This document shows positions 27,174-39,146 of a stretch of DNA of 64,000 nt, one piece after another. A model generated the notes under the pieces. It ran no database searches, was not told the DNA's origin, and saw nothing but the letters and a program-made list of their open reading frames with translations. The DNA comes from Bigelowiella natans CCMP2755 (Eukaryota > Protista > Cercozoa). How positions within the stretch are numbered: the stretch's first letter is position 1; each line of letters starts with the position of its first letter. Location of the stretch: the NCBI GenBank assembly GCA_000320545.1, contig ADNK01002827.1, positions 1-64,000 on the forward strand, in the 5' to 3' direction. The translations under genes and the position numbers were made by a program.

Positions 27174-27918
27174 ATACACATTACTACTACAACCACTACT
27201 ACTATCACCACTGTACTACAAAAACCCTCCCCTCCTCCGCACACCTCCAGTCATCCGAAGTCGAAACCATGGGCCATCTGGTTGTGGCCTTGCCATATCC
27301 AGGGCAGGTCTGAGCCGCCAACTTGTACAAAGCGCGGGCTCGCTCGTAGAAAACAGCTTTCTTCCTTGTCACCATCCTCCTTACTGCAGCTGCTTTCTCT
27401 TCCTCCCTCTTTTGCCTCCCCCGACTTCCTCTACTTCCTCGTCCTCGTCCTCCTCCTGCTGGTGCTTTAGGGGAATCGCTGATTAGCAGCGTACGGTAGC
27501 GTTCTAAATCGCCCAAAGCAATATAAATCTCTGCGACAATACGGCAAACCTGGTAGTAGAAGTAGCAACGTGGTACATTTCAGTGGGAGGAAGGAAAGCA
27601 AGGAAAGCATGCGAATTTGGCAAAAGGAGCATGCAATGCTCTGCGCTCTATTCTCACACCATACCGTTATGTCACGAGATGTATCCTTGCTCTTGATTTC
27701 TCCATACTGCTCGCGCATGATATCCCGCAAATAGGTCTGCTCACTCCCCCCTCCAGCTTCAGCTGGATAAAGGTTGAACCTCACGCACACGCACTCCACG
27801 AATCTGAGTATGGAAGACCATTCCTCACAACTCTATTTCAATCAATAGCAATCAAGAGCAAGTATCCATGCAATAGAAGTAATTTCGGCTCACATACTAT
27901 TTTGATATTATACAAATG

Positions 27919-27966
<48 letters not shown>

Positions 27967-28080
27967 ATTTCCACTTTACCCTCTGAAGAATTTTGATCCT
28001 TCGTAAATGTGGCGATGGAGAGTATCACGTCCAGCATCTGTGGCGACAGGTTGGACTCCTCTTCGGTGACGTTGTTGTTC

Positions 28081-28116
<36 letters not shown>

Positions 28117-29678
28117 GTTGTAGCGACGGATTGCTGTTTTAAGTCTTTGAATATCGTGATAGAAAGTCATCCACACGCGCAAAACCACGTTCTTCAGCAA
28201 CGCGTATTCAGGTGCTCTCATAACCAGATCGACATATCTGACACAATGTATTAAGAATGGATCTCTTCAATAAAGTATCTATCTATCAAGGTAAAATTAG
28301 TTTTGTCGATATTACTAATACTATTATTCCTACAGTTATTCAATATTGCTTACACGTCGCGGAGATCTGAACGCAGCGCAGTAGCCTCCTGCTGGTGGTC
28401 TCCCCACCCCTGTTGGCCCAGCTCTTTCAAACGCACTTCCATTTGCCTGGCTGTTTCAAACAGTTTTTGGTGGTCGGTCGTTTGGGGAGAGCGACGGCGA
28501 CGAGAGTCCTTTCCATTTGGAGCCGATGAAGGTATGGATCCCCCTTTGACTGGAATAGCATTCGCAGCTGCCCTAGAAAAGTCGCTCTCTCCTTCTCCTC
28601 CATTACCGCTAGTACCGTTCTTCTTATGGATACGGTTGTAGGCTTTTAGTAGAGAGAACATCACATTGGCCCTATCTCTCTTAGTTGTCGGCCCTTTCGT
28701 AGTGGCGGTGGCGGCGGCGGTGGTAGCATTGGCACTTGCCTTCTTCTTTTCCTTCTTCTTGTTCTTCCTCCTCTGCTCCTCATTAGAGCGGGGCATAGCT
28801 TTGACATCAGCATCATCGGCCTTTGACGCCGATGACAGGTGTTTTTTTTTATACACCCGCCCCCCTTTCTCACTACCAGGATTCTGCTGTTGTGGATAGC
28901 TGGGCTTGGGTTCGTAGAACCCACCGCCGTCACCATCACGCTGTGCCTTTTTATGATCCTTATAAGGATCTTGGTCGCTGTTCGGGTTGAGCTTACGTGC
29001 GGTTTGGTTCAGCAACTGCAGAGCAGCGTTATCGAATGACTCCATTTCACTGCTTTGCCTGGAATAATAGTCGCCCCCACGCGAAGGTCCTTGTGACCTA
29101 CGGACCCTGTAATGTTCGCGTGTAGGGCGAGTATTTCGGTGTTTGTTTTTATTGCTACTTGGCGTAGTCCCCTTTCTGCTCCCTCCCTCTCTGCCATCCC
29201 TAGTGTATTTCCCCGGAGATTTAGAACTTCTGTTTGTATTCCTGTTATTAACACGATGCTTGCGTGGTAGTCGAGAGCTACCACCATCCCCCTCCAAATT
29301 GGCAAGGCGGCTTTTTAGTTCTCTTATTCGTTGCTTCCTAAGCGTTGGGCGTTCTTCATCAGAAGAATCACCGTAGTTGCGGCTGAACTCTGCGAGATGC
29401 TGCTTCTCCCGCTGCCTTTCATACCTTACGCGGTCAGGATTTGCCACTCTTGATGCAGGTGGCCTGTATCGTTCTCCAGATCTGCCTTTGTTCCTCGCAC
29501 TACTCCCCTTTTTAGAACGACTTATGTTTTGGCTTTCGCCAGTAGCTTTCTTCTTCCTTTTCTTCTTGTCTTTCTTCTTCTGCTCTTTACTTTTACTGCG
29601 AGGTTTAGCTTCTCCTCGCTTTCGCCTGCGTTCAGGAACATCACAATCCGACGAAAGATCTGAAGATGATTCACTCAT
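21832..29678 (-). CDS. SMG6/EST1-like protein: low-complexity N-terminus, EST1 TPR domain, SPRY domain, C-terminal Regnase/Zc3h12a-type NYN (PIN-like) RNase
   Basis: EST1 motifs VWMTFYHDIQRL, IYIALGDLERY, ARALYKLAAQTCPGYGK, FQYMMSTEALEPFPARENL. SPRY-like IQQGDEIGFRL...GTLEFIRNGSSMGCAF. NYN motifs LVLDLPNICLRHG..FSCEGVQLAIDHF, TPAQDYDDSY, VVTNDRYRD, FTFVNDEFLPNPDF*. Confidence 0.8.
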
Positions 29679-30133
29679 AGCAAGATCTACCGCCGTCGAG
29701 TCCCCTAATGCTGATTCATTAAAAGAGCTTTAGGCAATGGCATAACCATGTTTCATAGTCAAGCGTAAACTAGACACCAACTTAGAAACGGGATTAGATT
29801 CAACAATTGGTACACATGAAAGCATCTGCCACATCTTGTGCTCACCTTCGAAGGTAGCTCTAACTTACTTCGTCGATGGAACAGAAGGAACTCGATGCCA
29901 ATCCAGATGTTTCTTCCGCCCTGCGACAACCATGGAAGGATGTCTCGCGGAGGCAATGTCCTTAATTTCCAGTTTTCTGTGCACTACTCGCTGAATCGCG
30001 AAGGGCTTCCCAATCATGGAAAAATCCACAACGAAATGCAGTCGAAATGTGGGTGGATTCAGCTGAAATACGCCCAAACTGAAGGAAAATGCGCTTAATA
30101 CGAATCGGGTGAGAAAATTCGTATCGGGAGTTG

Positions 30134-31738
30134 ATGGCCAATGGGAGACTACCAGGCCACCGTTCCGTTAGAGGAGGAAGATGACCTCTTCGACGACTCG
30201 GACAATTTAGAGGATTCGGCTATGGTACATAAACATTTCTAGCTTCGTAGATGAGAGCGATCAATTCTTAATATGCAATAGTCCCATCGTTCGTCTTTCC
30301 TAATGCGATTCGATAACACTAGGAGGATGCAACGGTGTCGTTAAGGTTTGAAGAGAAAAGCGGTATCGGCTTGCAACTACTTCGCCCTGGTCTGCATACA
30401 ATAGGGAAAGATTCTAGGTATACTTTTCCTTCGTGGAGTTGTTATATCAACGTAATAACCTGCAAATTTTCCACCTTCAGGAAAGACATGGTGGACATCA
30501 CGATCAATAACAAATCTGTATCGAACAAGCACGCAATACTTGAAGTGGGGAGATCCGGTGAAGACCATTTCATAACAGGTGGATTGTAAACAGAGGGCGT
30601 TGTATTCTATGCTAGATTGTCACATGAGTAATAACGTTGCCAATAACCGCCCTACACTTTGGCAGATCTTGGAAGTCTGAATGGAACCAGAGTCGGCCAT
30701 TCGATCAATAGCAAGAAGGTCTTTTTGTGTGAATTTCAAAATAGGAAACACTTCTTCCCCCTTTTTTCTGCAATGCAGCGAAAACCATTAACATTCCTCT
30801 TGTGTATAATCGCGCTGGTAATAAGCTCCTTTGTATTTTATTGTGCAATAGAATCGTCGTATCAAGCGGATGATTAAGACTCAGCTCTCCGATGGCGTGT
30901 ATGATTTTACAAGCGAAATATTGATTAACGGGCCCATCATCACATCTAACGTCTTAGCAGCCACCCTAACATTCTTCCATCGAAATATGGGATAAAATTG
31001 CTGAATCCCTCATTGATCTTCTCAGACAATCTTTCTCTCCATTACATATCAGATACATCACGTTCGGTAACGAGACCGCTGAGTTTCGTATTCTCTCTCT
31101 CAACACCACGCTGCAGCAGAAGAAAGCATTGGAGCGAGCTCCACCATCCCCAACTCAGCCTCTTGACAGGACTCAATCATTTGTCGAAATGGTCGGCCAT
31201 TGCCTTCCCCACTGTCAATGTATCATTTATGTGGATCTTATTTCCGTTTGCCGCATTTGCAGGAGGAATGCCAAGAGGCTGTTACACAGTCATTTGAAGA
31301 GGTACTATGCATCGTTTCATATAGTAGCAGAGCGGTAGCAGGGTGGCAAATAGTAAAGTTATTCATTGCGTGCGTCTGCTTGTTGCTTTTGTTTTGTCTT
31401 TGCTTTTTGTGCGTTGTCCTTTATTTCTTACCCACTTTCCTTGAAACTGTACGCCAGATTGAGAGTACAAAACCAAGGGCTGCCGATGCTAATGGTGGAT
31501 TTAAAACAAATCATATGGATCTTTAGCACACACATACACACATACACACACACAACAAACAGATGTCTACATCTATATGATGCATCTTGTTTGAATTTTG
31601 ATGATATATTTTATATGTGTACATTATAGGCTGTCGCTCCCCAACGCAAGACTTCGAGGTGAATCAGCTCTATTATTTCCTTTTTCTTTTCGGTTTCCAC
31701 GTTTATGCTTTTTTCGATACTAAAAGTTAGATATATAT

Positions 31739-31778
<40 letters not shown>

Positions 31779-32164
31779 GGAGAGGAAATTAGGAAGGTCA
31801 GTGTCTGGTGGTAGCAACGTGCAGAAAAACGAAGGAACATCGGTGGCGCGTGGAGGTCGTGATGTAACACAATCTCCCGCAGCTCTGTCCCCAATTCTCA
31901 ACTGTGAGGTAGTAAATCAAGATGGTTGGAATCAAAGGGGAGCTGTTGGGGAGGGTGAAGACGAATAAAGGCCAAAAAACATCGGTAGAAGAAGTTCAAG
32001 GAAATATTCTAAGTAACCTCTGAGCTCAGTTTCTTAAGAAAAGAAAACCTTTTTTTTGCTCGATACTTTCTACATTATTATATCAGTTTAAGAATACAAT
32101 GTCAATGCTTTAATTATAACTTCTTTTAATATTGCGTGTCTGTGCAAGACTAGCAATATAGTCA

Positions 32165-32199
<35 letters not shown>

Positions 32200-35100
32200 A
32201 CACGCTAGATGTCCCAGGAAAAGGAGGAGAAGAAGAAGTCCCTCCTACCTCTCACGGTTCCTTACGATGCAACAACAGAAGGTTTGATATTGACTGATAC
32301 AACAGCAATCCAAACAATATATATAATAGGCCCAACATCCTCCTGAATACTGAGATTCTCTGAATCGATATAAACCTTACGACATGGAAATATACAAAAA
32401 CACAGTGAAGGAACCGGGAGACTCTCAAAATTGTCCCCCCCCCCAGAGTGAAGCTACAGTCCCGTATGATCACGACAACGCTATCAGCGACAAATCCCAG
32501 GAGGAAAAGGGAATAGAGGCTGCTAGAAGTAGCGAGAAGCTTACTGAAACCATCCCCTTTGACCATCCACCTCCATCGGATGATAAGGAAGATGGAGGGG
32601 GAAAGAATAGCAATGGAGACGGGAGCGATGAATTCACCGAGACTTTGCCGTTTGACCATGTAGTGGAGGATGAGGGGGGGGCCGAGAGCAAACATTGCAA
32701 AAAGGAAGAGACAACAAAGGAAGATAAGGCCGAAAAAATTGGCGTGGGAAACGTTGATAAGGATGGGAATAGCGCTGTGTTCTCCGAGACCGTAGCGTAC
32801 GAAGATGACAATGATGACGATGATGATGATGATGATGCTGCTGCTACAGAAGGTACGTACGTACTACTGCTATGTGAAAAAAAAATCGATAAGTAGCAGC
32901 TGCATCATGAGTGTGCTATACACCAGAGTCAAACTATGAGGAGACTGTGCCTTTTGACCACCGTGACGAAGATAGCAAGCCGGAAGGAGAAGAAGCGAAG
33001 AAAGAGAAGGAAATGGAGGTACTTAATCATTCGCGAGCACACGCTGCTCCGCCTTCCGCTAGTACTAGAACAATAGAGGCAACAGTTCCTCGCGTGGTTC
33101 ATCGCACTGGGACTTTCATGCATTGATGAAAACCACCCTCAAACTCTCTTTCTCTCAGATCGACGCTACTGTTCCGTATAGGGAAGATGGCGTGCAGGCG
33201 GCGGGAAAGAATGTACCCGCTAAACTAGCTAGATGTGTTTGAATACACGCAGTTATATAACCTCACGTGCAAGAATTGAAAGATGGACAGTATCAGAAGC
33301 TCGTGACTAAGCAACGTTAACATTCATAGGACGCACAGAGAGACGATTTGTTTGAGCCGACAGTGCCATTTGACCACAACCGCCAGCTTGATGAAAAGGA
33401 AGATGAGACAGCTCAAGGTGTAGCAGCAGGGCCGAAGAAAACAAATGAGAACAAGGTATATGTAATACAACTTACGAACGATAAAGTGAAGCAACGTGCA
33501 AGATATTTCATTCAGCATGCTGCAAGAATAATTGTGTACTGCGCGAAATAATAAATATTTCATCTTTACCCTCCTGGGTCCTACCTCCTCCTCCCAGGCG
33601 AGGGTTTATGAAGCAACGGTTGCCTACGAACCAACAGTACCTTTCGAGGCAGCTGCTGCTGTAACGAATAACAATGTTGGTGATGCTCATGCAGCTGCTG
33701 CTGCTGGTGGTGGTCATGACAGTGGCAAGGGAAGGAGTGGGGGGGGGCACCGACGAAGACTCAAAAGAAAGATGGTGAGCAACGGCCATGGAGGCATTTG
33801 CAAAAAGGTGGACTGTAGAGAGTACTTCTGCTTCATCCAAGCATCCGACATATGAAGCTGCCTTTTGACGTTCATTGTGCAATTCAGGAGAGAGGAGGAG
33901 CAACTAAGGAGCCTCTCGACAATGTAGCGAAGGAAACGACCCATGCGAACGATCCTGATGCGACACAGGTGATGATGGATGTTGCTGGATAGGGGTGGTT
34001 GTGCGGGGAGGGAGGGATGCTACCTTGGATAACAGTTTCTGTCATGTACTGATATATCATTGAGTTTTACGACTAAAGTAAAGCCTGTTGTCGTTGAATA
34101 TAGGCATATCCAGACTCAATGCTAGAGGCCACAGTTCCATTATCCCCCCCCCCTTCGCTACTCGAGGGACCAACAGTATCCGCACATGTTACAGAGGAAG
34201 ATGAAACAAAGAAAGTCGGAGCGATAGAAAAGGTAGCTGGGAGCTGCATACTATCTTCCCCTAATCATATCTTGTATGTGCGTCTGTGTGTGTGTGTGTG
34301 TGTGTGTGTAGACAATATTGCTTTGTGGTTGTAATCCTTCTAATTTGTTTGGCGTAGTTGGACATAAAATAGCCCTCATCTTTACTTAGCTTCCCAACGA
34401 GGTTATTATTGTGATTGAAGAAGATGATGTGAAACAGGTATCAAAAAGCAACACCGCCTCTGCCACCTCCTCCTCCCACGCCCCCTCCACACAAGAGTCA
34501 TCTTCTTCAACGCCACGCCGCCGTCGCATACGCAAGCGAGTTCGCAGTTGTGCATCACCCTCCACGGATATTACTTCCAACAGAAAGACTGAGCAGTCTT
34601 CGGAGTCAATAAAAATAGAGGGTGGAGGGAAGAAGGAGCATAAGGTTGATATTGCTTCTGCTGCTGATGCTGCTGCTGCATTGGCACTGCGGCACCGTGA
34701 GATGTCAGAGGAGACTCCGACTGTTGTGATTATTCCAGGGAAGTTGTCGGCTTCGTCGCTATTATCATCATCATCATCATCATCATCATCATCGTCGTCA
34801 AATGCGCCGCCCCCTTCCTCTTTGGGATTGGGGCCTTCTGTGCTATCGTCGTCTTCATCGTCATCATCATCTTCTTCTTCTCGAGTGACAGTTTGGGTGC
34901 TGGGGAAATCGGCACAACACAGAAAGGAGCTGGAGCGATTAGGAATGCAGTGGGATGATAGGCACCGCGCCTTCTTTGCCTCTGTCAGCAAAATGGTGCG
35001 AAAATCACTGCAGTCGAGGATTGAGCTCGTCCTCAGTACGCCGTCTCCTGAGGAGAAAAGGAAGAACAACAGCAGCAGCAGCAGCAACTCGAAGAGGAAA

Positions 35101-37211
35101 AAGACGAACAAGATCCTAAGCAAGGATAGGAGCGGTAGCAGAGGAATGGGTGATGATGATGATGAAAAGGATAGTAGACCAATAGATGATAAGGAAGAAG
35201 ATAATGATGAGGGGGGCGGGGTCTTCCAAGTAGAAAGGAAGATTGGTGAAAGAAACCAGAAACGGGGAGGAAATCCCCGACAAAATAATAGAAAGAAAAG
35301 GAAGATAACTAAGAATGTGCGGAAGGAGAGAGAGGAGAAGGAAGATATGAAAGGCAAGAAACTGGAGGTAGATCTATCCACAGTTGCTTTCATCACACTC
35401 ATTGTCTTAATAACAACCCAAATTGATTTCATAGACGACGATTTGTCGATCTGCTGAGCCTTTTCACATCCATTTAGCGATAATATGTACTCCCCCCCCC
35501 CCTCTCTCTCTTTCTGATACCCCTGTGAATAGGAGACAAAGAAGGGAACATCTGCAGCTCACAAGAATGATAAAGGAAATGAAGATGGTGAAGGTAAGGC
35601 CGATGATGTTTCGACGAAGATAAAAAGGAAGCAGCAGCAGGAGGAGGAGGAGGATTCCAATACGACAGTTACTACTTCTACTTCTTCTTCTTCTCCACCT
35701 CCAAATAGAGGTGTAGCAGCAGCAGATACTCTGGAACGAATGACAGTAGCACAGCTACGAGTCAGGCTCAAAGCAGCCGGTCTAAGGGCATCAGGACGCA
35801 AGGTGGGGTGGTGGGCGGTGGTGGTAGTAGTAGTATTGAAGTAGTACCATTTATGATTTCCTTTGATATACGATAACATAGCACCTCAGGCTATTCCTCA
35901 GTATTTATTGAAGGAAAGAGAAGAAGCTGTACATGTATTGATGCCGATGTATATGTTTTACACAGAAAGAATTAATAAAGCGCTTGAAGGAACATTTAGC
36001 GGAGGAGGAGGAAGAAGAAGCAGTAGCGGCAGCGATGCAAGCGGAAGAAGATGCACAGGAGGAGGAGGGGGAGGAGGACCTTCCGAAGTGGTAAATAAAT
36101 CTTAAACACAGTCTTTTTACCTACTTACACACGTAACAATGATAACAATAAATGCGCCAGCTTGCTTTACTCGACGACGACAAGATGACTTACAATCAGC
36201 AAAATGATTCACAATACAAAGATGTTTTAATTTTCCTTCACTAAGATGCTTCTCCAGTCGCAGCCTATTTTTTTGATAATATGCTGCTGCCCTCTCATCA
36301 ATGGCGCTCACATATATCGACAATGGGGATCTTGTATTTTTATATTGAAAATGGAGATAAGTATTTCATATTAATCATTCCACATCTGCTACAACTACTA
36401 CGCACCATATAAAGGTATTGGAAATCAGATCTAGAGTTGGATGATAACAACAGCAGCGCGTGGACACCGTATCCTAAAGAGGTGACGTCTCTCACAGCTT
36501 CCTCAGTTGGTTATGATGAGCGATATGATTATGATGATGATGATAATGATTACAACGAATGCAAGGAAGGTTGATAGTAATCATCGTAAGTCAATTATAA
36601 TGGTGAGTGGATTTCTCTTGCGGAGTTATTCTTTAGGCTTTCGGTTCTTCTCGAAACAGTAATTTGTGGCAAAATGATATAGAAGTGATCGTTATTATCA
36701 TGATAATATGTTTGCTATCGTATGGGCATGAATCATTAAATCAGGATTGCAAGAAGATTGAGCAGAAGTATCAAGAAGGCAAAGTTAGATTCAGGTGTAG
36801 AAAATAATACATGTTTGGGTTTGTGTGTGTGTTTTGATACTACTGGATTCCAACAAGAATAATTGTGCCGAAATCCTTTCTGTCTCATGCTTACCAAAAG
36901 GATGAAATAGATGCATTTTCTGTAATATTATAGGATAAATAGGCGATACTCTATTGACATTGCAGAGGGCATTCAGCATCAAACGGTAATGATGAATTCT
37001 ATGTTCCCTTACCATACAACTCTGATGTTATCGCATCGGTGCCAGAGGGTTATTCCTACGTTCCGAGTTGTGTACAAATATAATTTGTGGGCAATGGCTG
37101 TCAGCTAATCTTATCATCTCATTCCCATTTTAGAGAAATAAATCGAGACAGAGGCCTATTAAGAGAGAGCCTCCTATTCCGATCTGCGACAGCAGCGACT
37201 CAAGCAGCTAG
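30134..37211 (+). CDS. FHA + T-[VIL]-[PA]-[FY] repeats + SAP + WWE protein (MDC1-like DNA-damage scaffold candidate), multi-exon
   Basis: FHA: TIG|KDMVDITINNKSVSNKHAIL...DLGSLNGTRV. Acidic repeats ETIPFDH, ETLPFDH, ETVPFDH, EPTVPFDH and TQSF. SAP: MTVAQLRVRLKAAGLRASGRK|KELIKRLKEHL. WWE: WYWKSD...WTPYPKE|DCKKIEQKYQEG...YSIDIAEGIQHQT|RNKSRQRPIKR. Confidence 0.8.
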
Positions 37212-38204
37212 AACGATTACCGCACCGTGACGAAGGTAGAACGCAGGGCAACGTTCAAATTGATGAAAAGAATTATTTTAAAAAATTGAGAAGAGTAGGA
37301 AGAGATAGGGGAAATATAACCAGCGATGAGTGGGATGTAATGGCGGCATGTTGTTATCGAAATCCTAGCACAGATTTGTGTTCTTGATTCGAACGATTGC
37401 TGCTCCTTGAACGCTCCATTGTGTAGCAGCAGAGCGATGTCATGCATTGCCACGCACTCATTACCTCCGCGAAGTTTTCGCTAGGTGTAGTCTAGTTGTT
37501 GCTCGACTTCACCAAAATATTACACGCTTGCATAGCATGCAGCTCATAATTGCGTCGTGCGTTGTTGCATGGACTAGCATCTAGATGCGAGCATGGAAGC
37601 GCACGAAATATTAAAAAACAGTTGACAACTACACGGACTCGTTAAATACAGTCCATCATGCTTAATGCTGTGTGTACACAGATCTATAGATATCTAGATA
37701 TGCATGTGTCTATCTTACTACCGCGGGACACCTATACATAGACAAGCAGTGCGATACTAGAGTACTCTAGTACTGCGCTGCTGGCGACGCGCATATGTAT
37801 ACGAACCTCAACATGCTGTCACATAAACGCGCCTCGCCTTGCTTGTCTAATTGTGTCCGTTGTATAGTAACTTCGGTAAAACACTGCTTAGTTAACTATA
37901 TAAAATTTTACATAGCTAGATAGCACACCGTAGCAGTCTTTTCTGATTGTTGAGTCGATATTGAAGCGAACGAAAAAACCGATTCGATTAGGAATTTAGT
38001 ATAAGCTTATCTTGATTGCAATTTATTTAAACTTGATAAGAATCTAGCATGCTCTTTATTTGAAATTTTGAAATAGGTATTGTGAATTTCAAACGAGCAG
38101 CTCTTACAAAGCGTAGCTAACGCAAATCAAGCTATCATATCTGTTTGAATGCTGAGTTTAATTCCCTGACTGTTGAGTTAGTTCGGCTGCCTCAAAGACA
38201 ATAA

Positions 38205-38817
38205 TTAACCCGATATGGAGAGTGTCCATCGGCCTTTCGCACGGCGCCTTTCAATGATTTTACGTCCATTTCTAGTACGCATCCTGGAAAGGTAGCCATG
38301 TTTTCTCTTCCGCCGCAGGACATTCGGCTGGTACGTGCGCTTTATAAGCTGGAGCCCATCCTCATTCATTTGATCTGTCGGAAAGAATGAAAACATTAGT
38401 CCCAACCAAAATTTCAGATTGTTTAGAGAAAGATGGCAAATCAAACTAGGCGGATGATGAACCTTCAATCTCGCTGGTAGGGAGCTCGATTTCACTGGTT
38501 TCCTCAGCAGGTATTATGTTCAAGGAATTTATTTGCTTGATATCAAAACTATGGACAAATGTTTCATTCGCTTGGGTGTTCAACACGGAGCTTTCTTCCC
38601 ACTTGCCATCCAATGAGAGGTGGGGGGGTTGAAGAAAGCTGCGAGAACTGTGTGAAATTTGGGAGAGAAGCAGAGCCGATTGGGAGGCCACCGACGATTC
38701 TTTGGATAACGGTCCGATAATAGAGGGGTTTAAGTTAGGGATAGGAACTGCTTCGCTGAATGTCGGCCCAGCGTGGGTGCTGAACTTACGGAGTAGGCGC
38801 AGGCCGCGGGCGGCCAT
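38205..38817 (-). CDS. MRPL34: Mitochondrial ribosomal protein bL34 with N-terminal presequence, 2 exons (38817-38463, 38374-38205)
   Basis: [42 protein letters not shown] is the L34 signature. [14 protein letters not shown] is presequence-like. The GT-AG intron keeps the frame. Confidence 0.92.
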
Positions 38818-39146
38818 TTCTACGATCTATGCTTCGCGATTCAATTTGCAGAAATAGTTTGAAATCATTGTCGCAATGTCAAAACAACCACTATTAGTTT
38901 CCAAAATACTGTCCGCACGCTCCAACCCCCCACGTTGAAGGACCAATGCTCGGGAACAACTAATCTCTTCTTTAGACTTTTTTTAACCCTGAGTTATACT
39001 AAATATTCCAAAAGCAACATATTGGTATTGAAATGTATTGAAATACACCCCTACGACAATGAATTTCATGTATTTTAGAGCAGTTTCGCCCTAGAGGAAC
39101 AGATAATCCCGGAAGCAACGACAGGCATGCACCATCGCTTTCCCCC

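Noticed and set aside
34386-35432. 348-aa minus-strand ORF
   Set aside because: Antisense shadow of a low-complexity exon of the FHA-SAP-WWE gene.
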